Positions 24,931 to 37,830 are shown, numbered from the whole stretch's first letter. The stretch is DNA of 63,681 nucleotides, filler included, from Collodictyon triciliatum (GCA_043381765.1; 36 parts of 36 records of this genome joined end to end with filler, not necessarily neighbours in it); one strand, 5' to 3'. A program made the numbers and translations. The notes: generated from the letters alone by a model not told the origin.

Positions 24931-25922
24931 CTATTCGTCATCCTCGCCGTCCTCATCGTCCTCGTCGTCACCGCCGTCATCTTCGTCAAAATCTTCATGT
25001 CCGTACTCTTCATAGAGATTTTCGTGGAGATGGTCGGAATCATCACTCCACTCCACTTGGTGATCTCGATCATCATCCTCTTCGGACATCAGGTGGTGGA
25101 TCAATCCACAGCCACACGAGGCGCAAGGACTGTCTCCTTTCTGGACAGTCTGAGTGTAGGATCCATCACCCTCGTTTGCAACATCCTCCTCATCCTCCTC
25201 GTCCTCATCTTTTTCTGAGTGGTGTAATACCTCCGTGAATAATCGTACCCAATATATGGAAAGAAATACGACACCAAGAGACTCGATGGAGAAAAAGAGA
25301 AAAAGAGGAAAAAAGAAAAAAAAGAAAAAAAAGAAAAAAAAGAAAAAAAAGAAAAAAAAAGAAAAAAAAGAAAAAGAAAAAAAGAAAAAAGAAAAAGTAA
25401 GGGCAAGGAAGCTTCATTGGCCACAAGATGCCCAGCATACATACCGTGGGCAACTGGGACAAACTCCTCACAACTTCTGCACATGCTGCAGGCAGAGAAC
25501 TCGTCGCCGGGAGCAGCCGGCTCTGGTGCATCCTCGCTATCCATTTCTTCCTGGGTGTGATCAGCCCCGAAGAAGCCGCGGGTGCGAAGCGATCGGCTGC
25601 CATTGTTTGTCGGCAGTTGCATGACAGGCTCCAACCCCAGCCTCTGTCGAATGCGATTGTGGAGGTCCAGCTTGGCTTGGTAGTCATCTGTGTGTGGATT
25701 GCACTGAGTCAACAGCGAAGGCCATATTGAGACACGGGGCTTGCTTGCATCATTGTTTCATTTGGAGGCGCGTTCAGAGTAGGATACCTTTGTGTGTTTG
25801 GCCGTGCTCTGGGTTCACGTCCATACCGCCGTTTGTGCGTCTGTGTGGCGAAGCCTGCGGACTTGATTTGTTTGGATGGGCGCAGGTGTTTTGGACGGGG
25901 TTGCGATCTGATTCGGGTTCAT
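24931..25922 (-). CDS. Complete 212-aa hypothetical protein with a split Cys/His metal-binding motif and acidic tail; exons 25922-25827, 25703-25445, 25214-24931
   Basis: Phase-consistent GT-AG introns give 639 nt from ATG to TAG. Contains CSMCRSCEEF...CASCGCGLIHH and a D/E-rich C-terminus. Confidence 0.65.
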
Positions 25923-26849
25923 TGACCGGGTTTGGGATCTCCTTGGCGGGTTACATAGTGGCAGAACAGGTCAGCAAAACGAGACGAGTGAACGGGGAGA
26001 GATGGGCAGAGGCTGCTACTCAATATATGAAACAAGAATATAAAAAAGAATATAAAAAAAGAATATAAAAAAAGAATATAAAAAAAGAATATAAAAAAAG
26101 AATATAAAAAAAGAATATAAAAAAAGAATATAAAAAAAGAATNNNNNNNNNNNNNNNNNNNNNNNNNNNNNNNNNNNNNNNNNNNNTTAATTAATTAANN
26201 NNNNNNNNNNNNNNNNNNNNNNNNNNNNNNNNNNNNNNNNNNAAAACATCATCGCAATTGAAATACCTTGCACACGACAAATAACCATAAACAAATTACT
26301 TCTTAAACTTCCAGAATATTTTTCTGGTATAATTGCGAATAGTTGTAAGATTGTCCCAACCACAACATAACCAAATATAAAGAAAAATCCCTGTGTTTTT
26401 GTTTTACTTTTCAATCCCTTACTCAACCGCACCACTTATTGTTGTTAGATATCATAGTCTTTATTTAAATGACACTCGCGTTGAAGAATATAATAACCGT
26501 CTGACATACACAGGTAATGAAACTCCTTGAAATCGTTTTTAAGGTAACTGTTTTGTGAGTGCTTTTATCAACCCGACAATTTTATATGCCTTTCTGTCAG
26601 TCTCGAACACTGTGTGAAACCGCGTTGGATTTTTTTATTCATGACAGAATAAGATGTTGGCGCCCGTGCCTACAATTTTTTTCCATGTTTGATTTAACTC
26701 TCTTCAGGAAGAAAAGTCTGTGTGTAAAAATACTTTTCTACCTTTCTATTTCACCACCCAGTTTATCTTTTCTTACATTCTTATTCATCTCTTTCTATCT
26801 ATCTTTTATATTTTATAAACAAAAAATCCAAATACATAAAGTTCAAGTT

Positions 26850-26960
26850 TTCCACTGTCTCATCCGTATCTCGTTATTGTCCTAGAGGTGAAGGCAACAC
26901 CTCGACTTTGTTTTCTATTAGTAAATAGTTGAAATGAAACCAAGGAAAAATAAAAAAAAA
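26850..26960 (+). mobile_element. Short interspersed repeat family C, copy 1, with A-rich tail
   Basis: TTCCACTGTCTC...TTGTCCTAGAGGYGAAGGC...CCTCGACTTTGTTTTCT...GTTGAAAWGAAACCAA is shared with 28141-28237. Confidence 0.7.
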
Positions 26961-27153
26961 ACTGTTACCTTGAATCAATTAAAAGCAACATAACCCATAT
27001 ATACAAAAACACAAAAACATCGTCATCTAAATTTTTGTATCTATTATAAAAGATGTTTGGCAAATAATATAAAACATTTAACGCATCACCACAAGCTTAT
27101 CGATTTGCTTGCACATTTGTAAGGAATATATTGAAAACACTTGCTATTTTTAG

Positions 27154-27861
27154 CTGGAATGCCTCAAAAAATTGCATTTCTAAAGGAGCAGAGAGCAATT
27201 ACTGATGTTCGCAATATTGCCACTTTGCTTGAGTGCGTATTTCTGTTTCTTAAAAACATATGATCTGAAACTGTTCCTTTCAATGCTTTCTTATTCGAAT
27301 ATTTGTTTTAATAAAACTATTCTTTAAATTATTCGTGTTTGATACCACCATAAATACTTTTCTTGACCAGTTTTACTTCTCTTGGTGTTTATGCAAATCC
27401 AGTAAGTTTAAGTCAGTTTTAATTATTCACTTTTTTATTATTATTTATGCAATATTTTTTTTAAATTTTTTTTGTTTGTTTTCGCTTCAGTAGCTAACAA
27501 GTATGCGAACAGATGGAGGAGCCGCATGTGGAGTCACATCGCTCGCAAATGTGCTAGTGATGTGTATAAATAGAGACCTTACGAACAGAATAAGGACAGT
27601 GTCATGCAAAATTCCTTAACATTCTCTACTGCAACAACAGGTATAAATATCCTGTGCTTACACGCTCTGAGGCATTATGAACACGTTTTCTAAAAATCTT
27701 TAAATACATACATATAAAAACAACTTAATATTTTACAAAAAATATAACATTAATAGTTGGACAACACTGCCGGTGCCTTACACGCTCAAAGAAAGTAGTA
27801 AAGTTGAACAGGCCACGAAAAGCCTGCATCTTGAAGAAATTACAATAACATATATTTCATA
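27154..27861 (+). CDS. Hypothetical protein, several short exons
   Basis: AG/GT-bounded segments GMPQKIAFLKEQRAITDVRNIATLLE, FTSLGVYANP and LTSMRTDGGAACG. Exon structure is uncertain. Confidence 0.3.
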
Positions 27862-28140
27862 AGAAATATATAATAAAATTATCATATTGNNNNNNNNNNN
27901 NNNNNNNNNNNNNNNNNNNNNNNNNNNNNNNNNTTAATTAATTAANNNNNNNNNNNNNNNNNNNNNNNNNNNNNNNNNNNNNNNNNNNNTCTTTTCTCTT
28001 CTTTTCTCTTCTTTTCTCTTCTTTTCTCTTCTTTTCTCTTCTTTTCTCTTCTTTTCTCTTCTTTTCTCTTCTTTTCTCTTCTTTTCTTTTTCTTTCCTTC
28101 CACTCAAAACACAAAAACTCCAACACACATTCCAGGGGGT

Positions 28141-28237
28141 TTCCACTGTCTCGCCCACAGCTCATTTTTGTCCTAGAGGCGAAGGCGGATTCCTCGACTT
28201 TGTTTTCTCTCAATAAACTGTTGAAAAGAAACCAAAA
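28141..28237 (+). mobile_element. Short interspersed repeat family C, copy 2
   Basis: Matches 26850-26945. Both copies follow a pyrimidine tract and an AAAC..AAAA.TCCAA..ACAT motif. Confidence 0.7.
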
Positions 28238-29551
28238 ATTGTGAATGAATCATCCCTCAATCGCATATAATTTACCATTCATACTTTTAATAATATATAG
28301 TGATTTGTAGCTTATCGTTGTGATGTAATTATATTACCGAAATCGAGGCGTCTTATTTCGCATCTATTTGTGCTCCACCACAACGTTTTCCATCTGTTTT
28401 CCGTGTCATATTACACGCGTTTTGCTTCGTTATCTTAGCTTCTTTATCTTAGAATCGAATAAAGGGAAAGCGTCGCTTTCGTTTATCATCCTCTACAGAC
28501 TTATGTACCGCCTCACGCATCTTACATTCCCAGGTAATGACCGTATGTCCTCCGTCTCATCTTATAAGAACACTTCAGCAACTTTCACTTAGCTCATGGA
28601 TTCCTTTGCGTATTTTTAAAAGAGAATCCTCCAAACCTCAGCACTTGCTCCCATCTGTTTCATAATCGGACACATCACGCGCTATATATGCTGCCTGCCA
28701 CCCATATGCCATCGATGCGCGCCCTCGCTATTCTACCTACCGATACATAGCCATGGGCATCATGAAATAATTAGGCGCGAAATGTGCATTCAAATCCCCC
28801 CCTCTCCCTAGATAGCGAGTATGATGGCATTTTCCACACACAAATACTTACAAACTACATCTTCAAATATATTTTTTTTTAAAATTGTTGCGTAGTAATG
28901 CTTGAAGTATATATATCTGATTTTCATGCTATTTTCGAGTATACGTAAATATAACCCATTAGCTATTAGATGTTTACGTTTGTTGGAGCGAAATTTTGAT
29001 TCAAACATTGGTGAAAGTCGAAGAAGGCAACAAATGAAAATAAAATAAAATAAACATACAAAAGACGAAAGTCAAGATTTGCGTTAGATACAACCACACA
29101 CAGGATAATTTGCGTGTTGTGAAAGGGTGAAAATCAAATATACAAACCAACGCTATGGCACGCAATACAAAGTACTAATACAACTCGGGATAGAACATTA
29201 ATCTAGGTAATCGGCCCCGCACGCCGTAATTCAGTTCTTCTATTCAGACAACTTGAAATACTTTTGATATTTTTGTTGTCTCTTTTCGCATAATTTTTTA
29301 AATTTATTTATGTTTCGTGCGGAGATAAAATTGAATCATTCATTATCTCAAAGACGCTTTCCTCACAACGATCGGAAGCAGTATGTGTATTACGTGCGAC
29401 TTATGCGGACAACCATGAAAAAGCACACCTGGTTGTGCAATTCTAATCCAACTGTGATTGTTCAGTTCCTCATTATAATGCATCCTTATTCGTTCTTTTT
29501 TGTTTTTTTTTTTGTTGTTTTTTGTTGTTTTTTTGTTGTTTTTTGTTTTTT

Positions 29552-29635
<84 letters not shown>

Positions 29636-29899
29636 NNNNNNNNNNNNNNNNNNNNNNNNNNNNNNNNNNNNNNNNNNNNTTAATTAATTAANNNNNNNNN
29701 NNNNNNNNNNNNNNNNNNNNNNNNNNNNNNNNNNNTTATTGTTATTATTATTGTTATTATTATTGTTATTATTATTGTTATTATTATTGTTATTATTATT
29801 GTTATTATTATTGTTATTATTATTGTTATTATTATCATTGTCACTTCTCCTCTAGCAATGGCATGTTGAATATCATATTTTGTAATTTATGGTTCTTAC

Positions 29900-32590
29900 C
29901 CCGATGTTTCAATGTCAAGCATATCGCGAGATTTCCGTCCTAAATAATTTATTCGCATGGTTTATTCACGGTTAAAAAAAGTGGCAAATACTATTCCTTA
30001 TGAATAAATACTGATTTTGCACTAGAAAAACATAGACAATCAGTACAGTTTCTTTTTGTGTGTGTGAGTGCTTATGTGTATGTGTGCTGGATATATCGAT
30101 GGCGATTATCATTATTGAATATCTAATCCATGTTGATATATTGTTTCTTTTTAAGGTGAACCTGAGCCCGGAGTGCTTATTTTACTAGAAGTGCTCTCTC
30201 GCCGATTACGGAGAAACTCGACCTGGTCTTGCAAATTTATCTGCATCAACCTTTCAAGTTCTGTGCCTCTTGCTACTTCGATTTCAGTCTCGAATTCCCC
30301 ATCCCTAGTTATGTCATGGCTGCGTATGGTGTTTGTATCCTGTATATGCAAACATATTTAATGTCGGTATGATTTTTTTTTCATTTTATTGAATTGTTTC
30401 CAAAAAATATTAAAATAAATGGACATGAAGATTATACTATACAATCGTATCCATATCATCAAATGTCCTGATATCTTCGTGGTTGCCTGGACTCAAAGGA
30501 ACCTCAAAGTCTATATTTTTTTATCATTTTAATAACTTTCTGTCTATTTATCACTATCACCTATGGTTTTATATTTATCTATCCCAGAAAGTTCTATTAA
30601 AAATATAATTTTTATGGTACAGACAAATATAATACCGTGTACCAAAAGAGAAAAAGCATAGTATTAACAATCGACCTATGCTTGTATCTGGGGCAAAGTC
30701 CAGTCTTCTTCTCACGTCCCCAACCGGTGTTGGCTGCTGCAAAATAGGTGCTATGGAAAGGAAACATGCGTAGGTCGCAATATACGTATTTTTATTATGA
30801 ATTTGTTCAAAACAATATCTCAGATTTAATGTCTGTTTATGCATACTTCTTGATACTTTAAATTGTTATTTTAATGGATTGGTTTATTTGAATCTAAAGT
30901 TGTGTATGTACTTTATAAATAGGTGACTTTTGATTGCCTCGACAACCATTCAAAAAAAATAAGGAAGGTCTTTCACTGGTATAATTCATGAAACTCACAC
31001 GTTATAGTCACTCTCCTAGATTTCTTCCCTGTTGCTGTTCTAACCAAACTGCTACTATTTAGAGGCTGGCAAAGCGTCTGGAGATCATCGTTCCAGTGTT
31101 GAAAGTGTGGGGCCAACAAGGATTGTTCTTCTATCTCATTTGCATCATGGTGTTCAACCTTTAAGTAAGTTTACCCCATGATATAATTTTAACTTAGACA
31201 TTGATAAAGAAGAAAGTTCATCAAAATATTTTTCATATTTCCAAGATTTCAATTTGGTTCAAAAATATTGTTGAAGCCATGGGAATTTATTTATCGAATG
31301 AAAAAAAAAAAAAAAAAAAAAAACCCATATTACATATAACATAAATCCACAAAATGAAGGAATAGAGAATAAAACATAACANNNNNNNNNNNNNNNNNNN
31401 NNNNNNNNNNNNNNNNNNNNNNNNNNNNNNNNNNNNNNNNNNNNNNNNNNNNNNNNNNNNNNNNNNNNNNNNNNNNNNNNNNNNNNNNNNNNNNNNNNNN
31501 NNNNNNNNNNNNNNNNNNNNNNNNNNNNNNNNNNNNNNNNNNNNNNNNNNNNNNNNNNNNNNNNNNNNNNNNNNNNNNNNNNNNNNNNNNNNNNNNNNNN
31601 NNNNNNNNNNNNNNNNNNNNNNNNNNNNNNNNNNNNNNNNNNNNNNNNNNNNNNNNNNNNNNNNNNNNNNNNNNNNNNNNNNNNNNNNNNNNNNNNNNNN
31701 NNNNNNNNNNNNNNNNNNNNNNNNNNNNNNNNNNNNNNNNNNNNNNNNNNNNNNNNNNNNNNNNNNNNNNNNNNNNNNNNNNNNNNNNNNNNNNNNNNNN
31801 NNNNNNNNNNNNNNNNNNNNNNNNNNNNNNNNNNNNNNNNNNNNNNNNNNNNNNNNNNNNNNNNNNNNNNNNNTTGATTTGATATGATATGATATGATAT
31901 GATATGATATGATATGATATGATATGATATGATATGATATGATATGATATGATATGATATGATATGATATGATATGATATGATTTCGTTCGATTCGATTG
32001 CAATAAAATTAGGTATCATTAAGTTTAGAATTAAAGAGGATTACTGGTCAGTTACACCAAAGTCACCAATTGGGCTATCCATAGCAAAGCTTGCTAGAGC
32101 AAAACTTGGGTTTGTCTCCAATAGGATGGATGACTGGTTCAACCGAGAGATATCTGGTTGCAATATTGAGGCACGATTAGCTTTTCATTTTCATAAGTAT
32201 ACGTACCATAGTATGTAAGAGTTCTCATGGTAGCAACTCTCTACAAGGTAAAAAGATGTACATCTCCCTTGATGACATCTTATTTCGAGCTAACAACATG
32301 TATTATATTTACGTCTTTTCTATTTTACGTTATACATTTGTTATTTAGAGTTACCTGGTGAATTCAGTAAAATTCGGGGAACCTCTTGATTTCCCATCAA
32401 CTCCATGTTCTCATCCTTTAATTGAATCGCTTATCATTCAAAAAGTCTAATTTACTGCATTAATTCGTATTTTACTTTTGATTAAAATGAATTACGTACA
32501 TATATTTCATTCAAATGTAACGGCGCCAAGTTGACAGATGAATCCCCACCAAACCTCAAGATCTCTGTCATATTGATTTGTTCTTCCCTG
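29900..32590 (-). CDS. Multi-exon gene spanning a real scaffold gap; possible Rad21/Rec8 kleisin central region
   Basis: Exons include SSVNLAPLHL...AIQLKDENME (resembles the VDLP...AITLPE segment after the kleisin N-domain), DFEVPLSPG, and ETEIEVARG...DQVEFLRNRRES (ExxR motifs). No conserved terminal domain is visible. Confidence 0.35.
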
Positions 32591-33164
32591 AATAAGAAAT
32601 TTGTTAGTATTTTCACAATATTTTTTGTTTATTGATGACCGTTTCAAATAGAAAATATTTTAATATTACTTTTATTTGCATCTCTGTATTGTTTCCTTTT
32701 TCTTTTTTTCTTTTTTTCTTTTTTTCTTTTTTTCTTTTTTTCTTTTTTTCTTTTTTTCTTTTTTTCTTTTTTTCTTTTTTTCTNNNNNNNNNNNNNNNNN
32801 NNNNNNNNNNNNNNNNNNNNNNNNNNNTTAATTAATTAANNNNNNNNNNNNNNNNNNNNNNNNNNNNNNNNNNNNNNNNNNNNTTTTTAAAAAAAAAAAA
32901 AAAAAAAAAGAAGAAGAAGCTTTTTGAACCATTTAATATAATACCCATCCACAGACATATGTATATGACGTGGGAAAAGAACCGATAAGTAAGTTTTTTT
33001 TCTTTTGGGGGTTCGACTTTTTCCTTCCCTTTTCGACATAGAAACTCGATAGGGAGAAAAGTATTGTCTATATTATAATTTTATCATCTCCTGTCATAAC
33101 TGTTTCATTCCTTCATGCCTTCGGCTCTCTTAAGTGAACACTAATGATAACACTTCCTCCACAG

Positions 33165-34437
33165 TTTATTTGCAATGCAGAAAAGCCCCTCCTGGACTGC
33201 TAACAATAACCGATGAGATTGACGAGATAATATTGGTAGGCTAAGTTTTTATCTTCTCGGGTTATCGTACGAAAACTTTTCATAATGATAATACCAAAGT
33301 TTGTGCAGGGACTTATTCCCTTTTCTTTTATTGTGAATCAGCTTACCAAAGACAGGCAGATATTCCAATACAATATTGAGTCACTTCCGTTCACCAATAC
33401 TGTTCCTTTCGAAATCGCTCCAATCAGACAAGTTGAACGAAACGGCAAAAAGTAAAATAGGAGTCCGCAATTTTACCATATGCATCATCTTAAGCTCACT
33501 AACAGTGCCAACTGTTCTTAAATCCATTCTTGTGTTTGCAAAAAATAAAATAAAAATAAAAATGTTTAGATTTACATTCATTCGATTTTTTTTAAAAAAA
33601 GACTCAGAAACTATGTATGTTTTGCAGGGGTGCGATTCCTTTCGGTGTTCCTTTTGGTCCATTTATCCAACCGAATCCAAACTGCTTTACTCTGATGTCT
33701 GGAAATAGACTCCTGGGTGCTGGATTCTGGGATTCATGTTGGTGATTTAATATGATGTATTCGCTTGAAAATTAATATTTTCGTTGCATAAACCATTTAC
33801 TGTTGAACCGCAATCTTCAGCAATAAAGATATTATCCATGTCCTCACAAAGAACACTGCAATCCGTTGTCGGTCACAAAGATATCCTTTAAACTTCGAAC
33901 CACCAGATCATGCTGCATTTCTTATGACGCCCTTTTGTGCGTTCTGCTTGCTTGTATCTCTCCATTTCAGAGTATCAGTATATGTAAAGAAGATTATCCT
34001 TAACCCCTTCCTTACGCTTTGTTTCATGTGTTGCTATATCCGAAGACGAAAAGCTCATAGCGACAGGAAGCACAGATTGCACGATTCAGCTGTGGGATTT
34101 AAGCGGTCAATTAGGTTTGGGGGAGCACACTATTTACTTTTTATTTTATTTGCATATTTCTTTCAATTTGTCTGTGTGTTGAGATTTAATTATTTTTCAT
34201 TTGTTTTAATACGCTATTGTGTTCTAACAACTAGTTTGTTGGTGAGGTTATTGAAACTAACATGTCATTCCATACCCTTTTGCATATCCAGTGAATCGTT
34301 ATCTCCCCTTGAGCAACAAAATATCTATACCACAATCTGCTTCTATCACACCTTTCCACACCTTGTATGGTCACGATGATGAGGTAACATCAGTGTGCCT
34401 ATCTTCGGACCTAGATGTTGTCGTTAGTGGGTCGAAG
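33165..34437 (+). CDS. BEACH-domain protein (neurobeachin/NBEAL/Lvs family), C-terminal WD40 region, multi-exon fragment
   Basis: RLLGAGFWDSSIKILS...LQSVVGHKGFVSCVAISEDEKLIATGSTDCTIQLWDL...PFHTLYGHDDEVTSVCLSSDLDVVVSGSK. Confidence 0.88.
33881..34015 (+). other. U12-type (minor spliceosome) AT-AC intron
   Basis: 5' site ATATCCTTT at 33881; branch site TCCTTAAC at 33997-34004; 3' terminal AC at 34014-34015. Removal restores the in-frame WD40 sequence VVGHK-G-FVSCVAIS. Confidence 0.92.
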
Positions 34438-34439
34438 GT

Positions 34440-34506
<67 letters not shown>

Positions 34507-34880
34507 TTTTTTTTTTTTTTTTTATTTTNNNNNNNNNNNNNNNNNNNNNNNNNNNNNNNNNNNNNNNNNNNNTTAATTAATTAANNNNNNNNNNNNNNNN
34601 NNNNNNNNNNNNNNNNNNNNNNNNNNNNTAAAATAACATAACATAAAGATAAAGATAAAGATAAAGATAAAGATAAAGATAAAGATAAAGATAAAGATAA
34701 AGATAAAGATAAAGATAAAGATAAAGATAAAGATAAAGATAAAGATAAAGATAAAGATAAATATAAAGGTAAAGGTAAATATAAATAATGCACATTCAAA
34801 TAATATCATAACCGTCATCTCTACAATCAAAGATAAAGGGCACCGAATGGAGTGCCATAAACGAGAGGTTTTTCCCTACA

Positions 34881-36180
34881 GACGGCACATTCGACATGAA
34901 CGAGTTCCAGGTTTCATTTTACAAAGATATCTGGAGAGTTTTCCCACTTCCTTATTATTTTAAACAGACATCATTTTGTACTTCGAATGTTACCAAAGCT
35001 TCTTTTATCTGCTCATATCCACGTCCTACTGCTCACTTCCTTTCATAGACCGCCTTGAACCAGTGTAAAACCGACCACGCAGCCCTATGCCAGATGGCCT
35101 CCGCTGTTGCGACCAAATTAAATATTTCATTGAAATACATCTCCACTGTAGAGGAGGATTTGAATCAGGCCAAAAGAAAATACAGTCGATTGGAATCAGA
35201 TATTAGCAACAAAGACAAAGAGCTTGATAACTATCGGAATGAGATACGCTCTCTGCATAATTCAAAAAGCCAACTGCAGCATCACACTCATGAGCTTACG
35301 CGTAAAATACAGCAGCAGCAATCGGAAAGGGATATATATCTTCATCAAGTCAAAATTGCTAGTGGCACAGGTAGCACTTATCCAACAACCAACCACAGCC
35401 TGAACCCAAGTGTGGGCCATAGCTCCGGGTCAAGTCCTGTTTTCATGTCTTCACAAAACACATCCCCAGAGTTGAGCAAAACACATGACCAGAGAGCACG
35501 CCTGAAGGTTGAAACCCAACAAAGTGTGTCATCTTTTGCAAATCCATCCGAATATTCCCCAGATCGTTTTCGCGTGAGCTTGATAGGGATAGAAAATGGT
35601 CGGTTCAGTGGGATGACATCGGGTGCATCTTCGAGTCTTGAACGAAATGAGAGCGTGACTGAAAACCAAGCTCATCATTCGGGATTGAAAGAGCACGCAT
35701 CTCAGCTGGAAATTGAGAATTTAGAACTCCATGGGCATTTGACAAAGCTTGCATCTAATGCCACGACGCTTCAGACTGAGATATCGTCGCTGCAGAAGCA
35801 ATTAGAAAATGAACACGTTAGCTTCCATATTTTCACACACTTTTTTTGAGGTTTCTGAACTATTTTTAACTTCTAACGATGAAACAGTATTAAATTTCCG
35901 AACTCTCTTTTTATTTCATCTAGGAGTTTAGATCAAAGATTACTTCACAGATAACAATACTTGAAGCACAAGTTCATGAGCTCGATCAGATTATAAAACA
36001 GACTAGGGAGATTAAATCTCAATCGAAAGAGGAGTATGAAAAAAATATATCGATATACGCAATGAAGGTAATGTATATACATATATATATATAGAAAATG
36101 ATCACAAAACATCTTTCTGAATTATTTTTTTTTTCAAACACTAGGTGGAAGTACTTCAAGAGATGCTAGGAAATGTTCAG
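34881..36180 (+). CDS. Coiled-coil protein with a probable upstream EF-hand, internal multi-exon fragment
   Basis: DGTFDMNEFQ|TAL resembles the end of an EF-hand loop. Long heptad-rich exon 35050-35816 plus exons ~35924-36067 and 36145-36180. Confidence 0.65.
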
Positions 36181-36445
36181 GTTGTGCTTTAAGTTTTTTT
36201 CGAACAAAAATCAAACGAGATTGTTATTGCCCTTGTCCATACTAATGTTTCTTTTTTTTTTTTTTTTTTTTTTNNNNNNNNNNNNNNNNNNNNNNNNNNN
36301 NNNNNNNNNNNNNNNNNTTAATTAATTAANNNNNNNNNNNNNNNNNNNNNNNNNNNNNNNNNNNNNNNNNNNNCTCGCCGATACATACCAAATATAGTAT
36401 CAGCGAACGGTTTCCGGGTGAAATTTCGAGATTGCAGGGTTAAAG

Positions 36446-36487
36446 TGATATCAATATATACTTAATATTAAGTATATATTGATATCA
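36446..36487. repeat. Perfect 42-bp palindrome
   Basis: TGATATCAATATATACTTAAT|ATTAAGTATATATTGATATCA. Confidence 0.95.
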
Positions 36488-36989
36488 GATAAAAATTTAA
36501 AAAAATATTCAGCCGTTCTATTTGAACAGAAGAATTGACATAGATTATTTGGTCCAATCAATTATTATAAAAAATTACAACTTCAGTGCACACTCAGAAT
36601 CTACTTAAATCAGTGAAGCTTCGTTGTAAATCCTTTATTCATCCTTATTATTCAAAGATTTCACAAAATAAAATCCCCCATTTGAGTTTCAGAAACAAAA
36701 TTTCTTTTATGATTTTTGTACATGTTTCATTTTTTGGACATGAAGCTATTTTATTATAATCAAAGCACCACTAGCGTGCCATATTCCGTTTCGTATTTTC
36801 ATGACGAATCGGGTCATTGTCCTGGGCTGGGGTTCTGCTGGTGTAATGCCATCGGTTCTGTCTGTGTGTACATGATTTTTAATGCAAAATAAAATATGTG
36901 CACGGGCAGCCCTCTTTTACCATTATATACTATAGAGATGAGCATTTAGTGAGGCAAACATATTTTATCCTACAATCAGTGGAATAATT

Positions 36990-37830
36990 TTAAAAGTGTT
37001 TTACGTAAAACACCCTCGCAATTATATCATATCTGTGAGTGTTATACTGTCCTTCTAAAAGATTAAAGTTATTCAAATTAATGATTGCATGTAAATTGTA
37101 CGACAAACTCTGTGGTTCCATAATATCCTTACGTAAGAGGCCGTCTTGAGTTTTCTCGTACATGTACCGGTGCCCACCAACAAACCCAGAAGGTAAAATA
37201 ACCACTCCGCGATCCTTTCTGATGTTCCGTCAGAAGATTGAGAATCTAATATATGGACATAACTCTCTGCTCTTAGTTTTTTTCAGAGTATTTTTTAAAT
37301 GTAGAGGTCTATCTGACTCTTCCTTTGCATGCATGTCTACCAAGAACTGATGATGTAAATTCTCAGTTCTCAGAAATGTATTTTTTCAGTTTATCTAACC
37401 ATAATCATATAGCCATAAGATTTTTTTTTTGCAATTTTAATGTCTACGACCTTCTGTTTTCTTAAAGTCGAATTTCTTAATATTGACCTGATAACCATCT
37501 TGACCTTTCCAAAATATGATGGGGTATTGTAGAGCATCGTAACATCTATGTGTAAATATAACCCTCTTTAGTCTGTCGTTTTTTCGTCTTCATCGTCATA
37601 TCCCTTAGTATAGAGGGCTCCTTTATCATTACAATATCTACTTCGTGAACAGATGGGGCGATAGATATTGTTTTTCATTCGCCCTCTGAAGTTTTGTTAG
37701 ATGTTAACGCTTATTTTAATTCTTAACTGATATTTGACACTTCTAGAGCCATTTATAAAGGTAGAGAAAACCCTGATGCAAATATTTCCTTCGATTCTCC
37801 AAATGAAATGATAAGAAATGCATTTTACGA
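36990..37830 (-). mobile_element. Helitron Rep/helicase relic (frameshifted, with stops)
   Basis: RCYDALQYPIIFWKGQDGY, LVDMHAKEESDR, VILPSGFVGGHRYMYEKTQDGL and HRYDIIARVFYVK appear in the canonical Helitron RepHel order. Confidence 0.85.

Noticed and set aside
27612-27640. TTCCTTAAC U12-like branch site (also TCCTTAAC on the minus strand at ~6705)
   Set aside because: No matching RTATCCTT donor upstream; both can be read as coding sequence.
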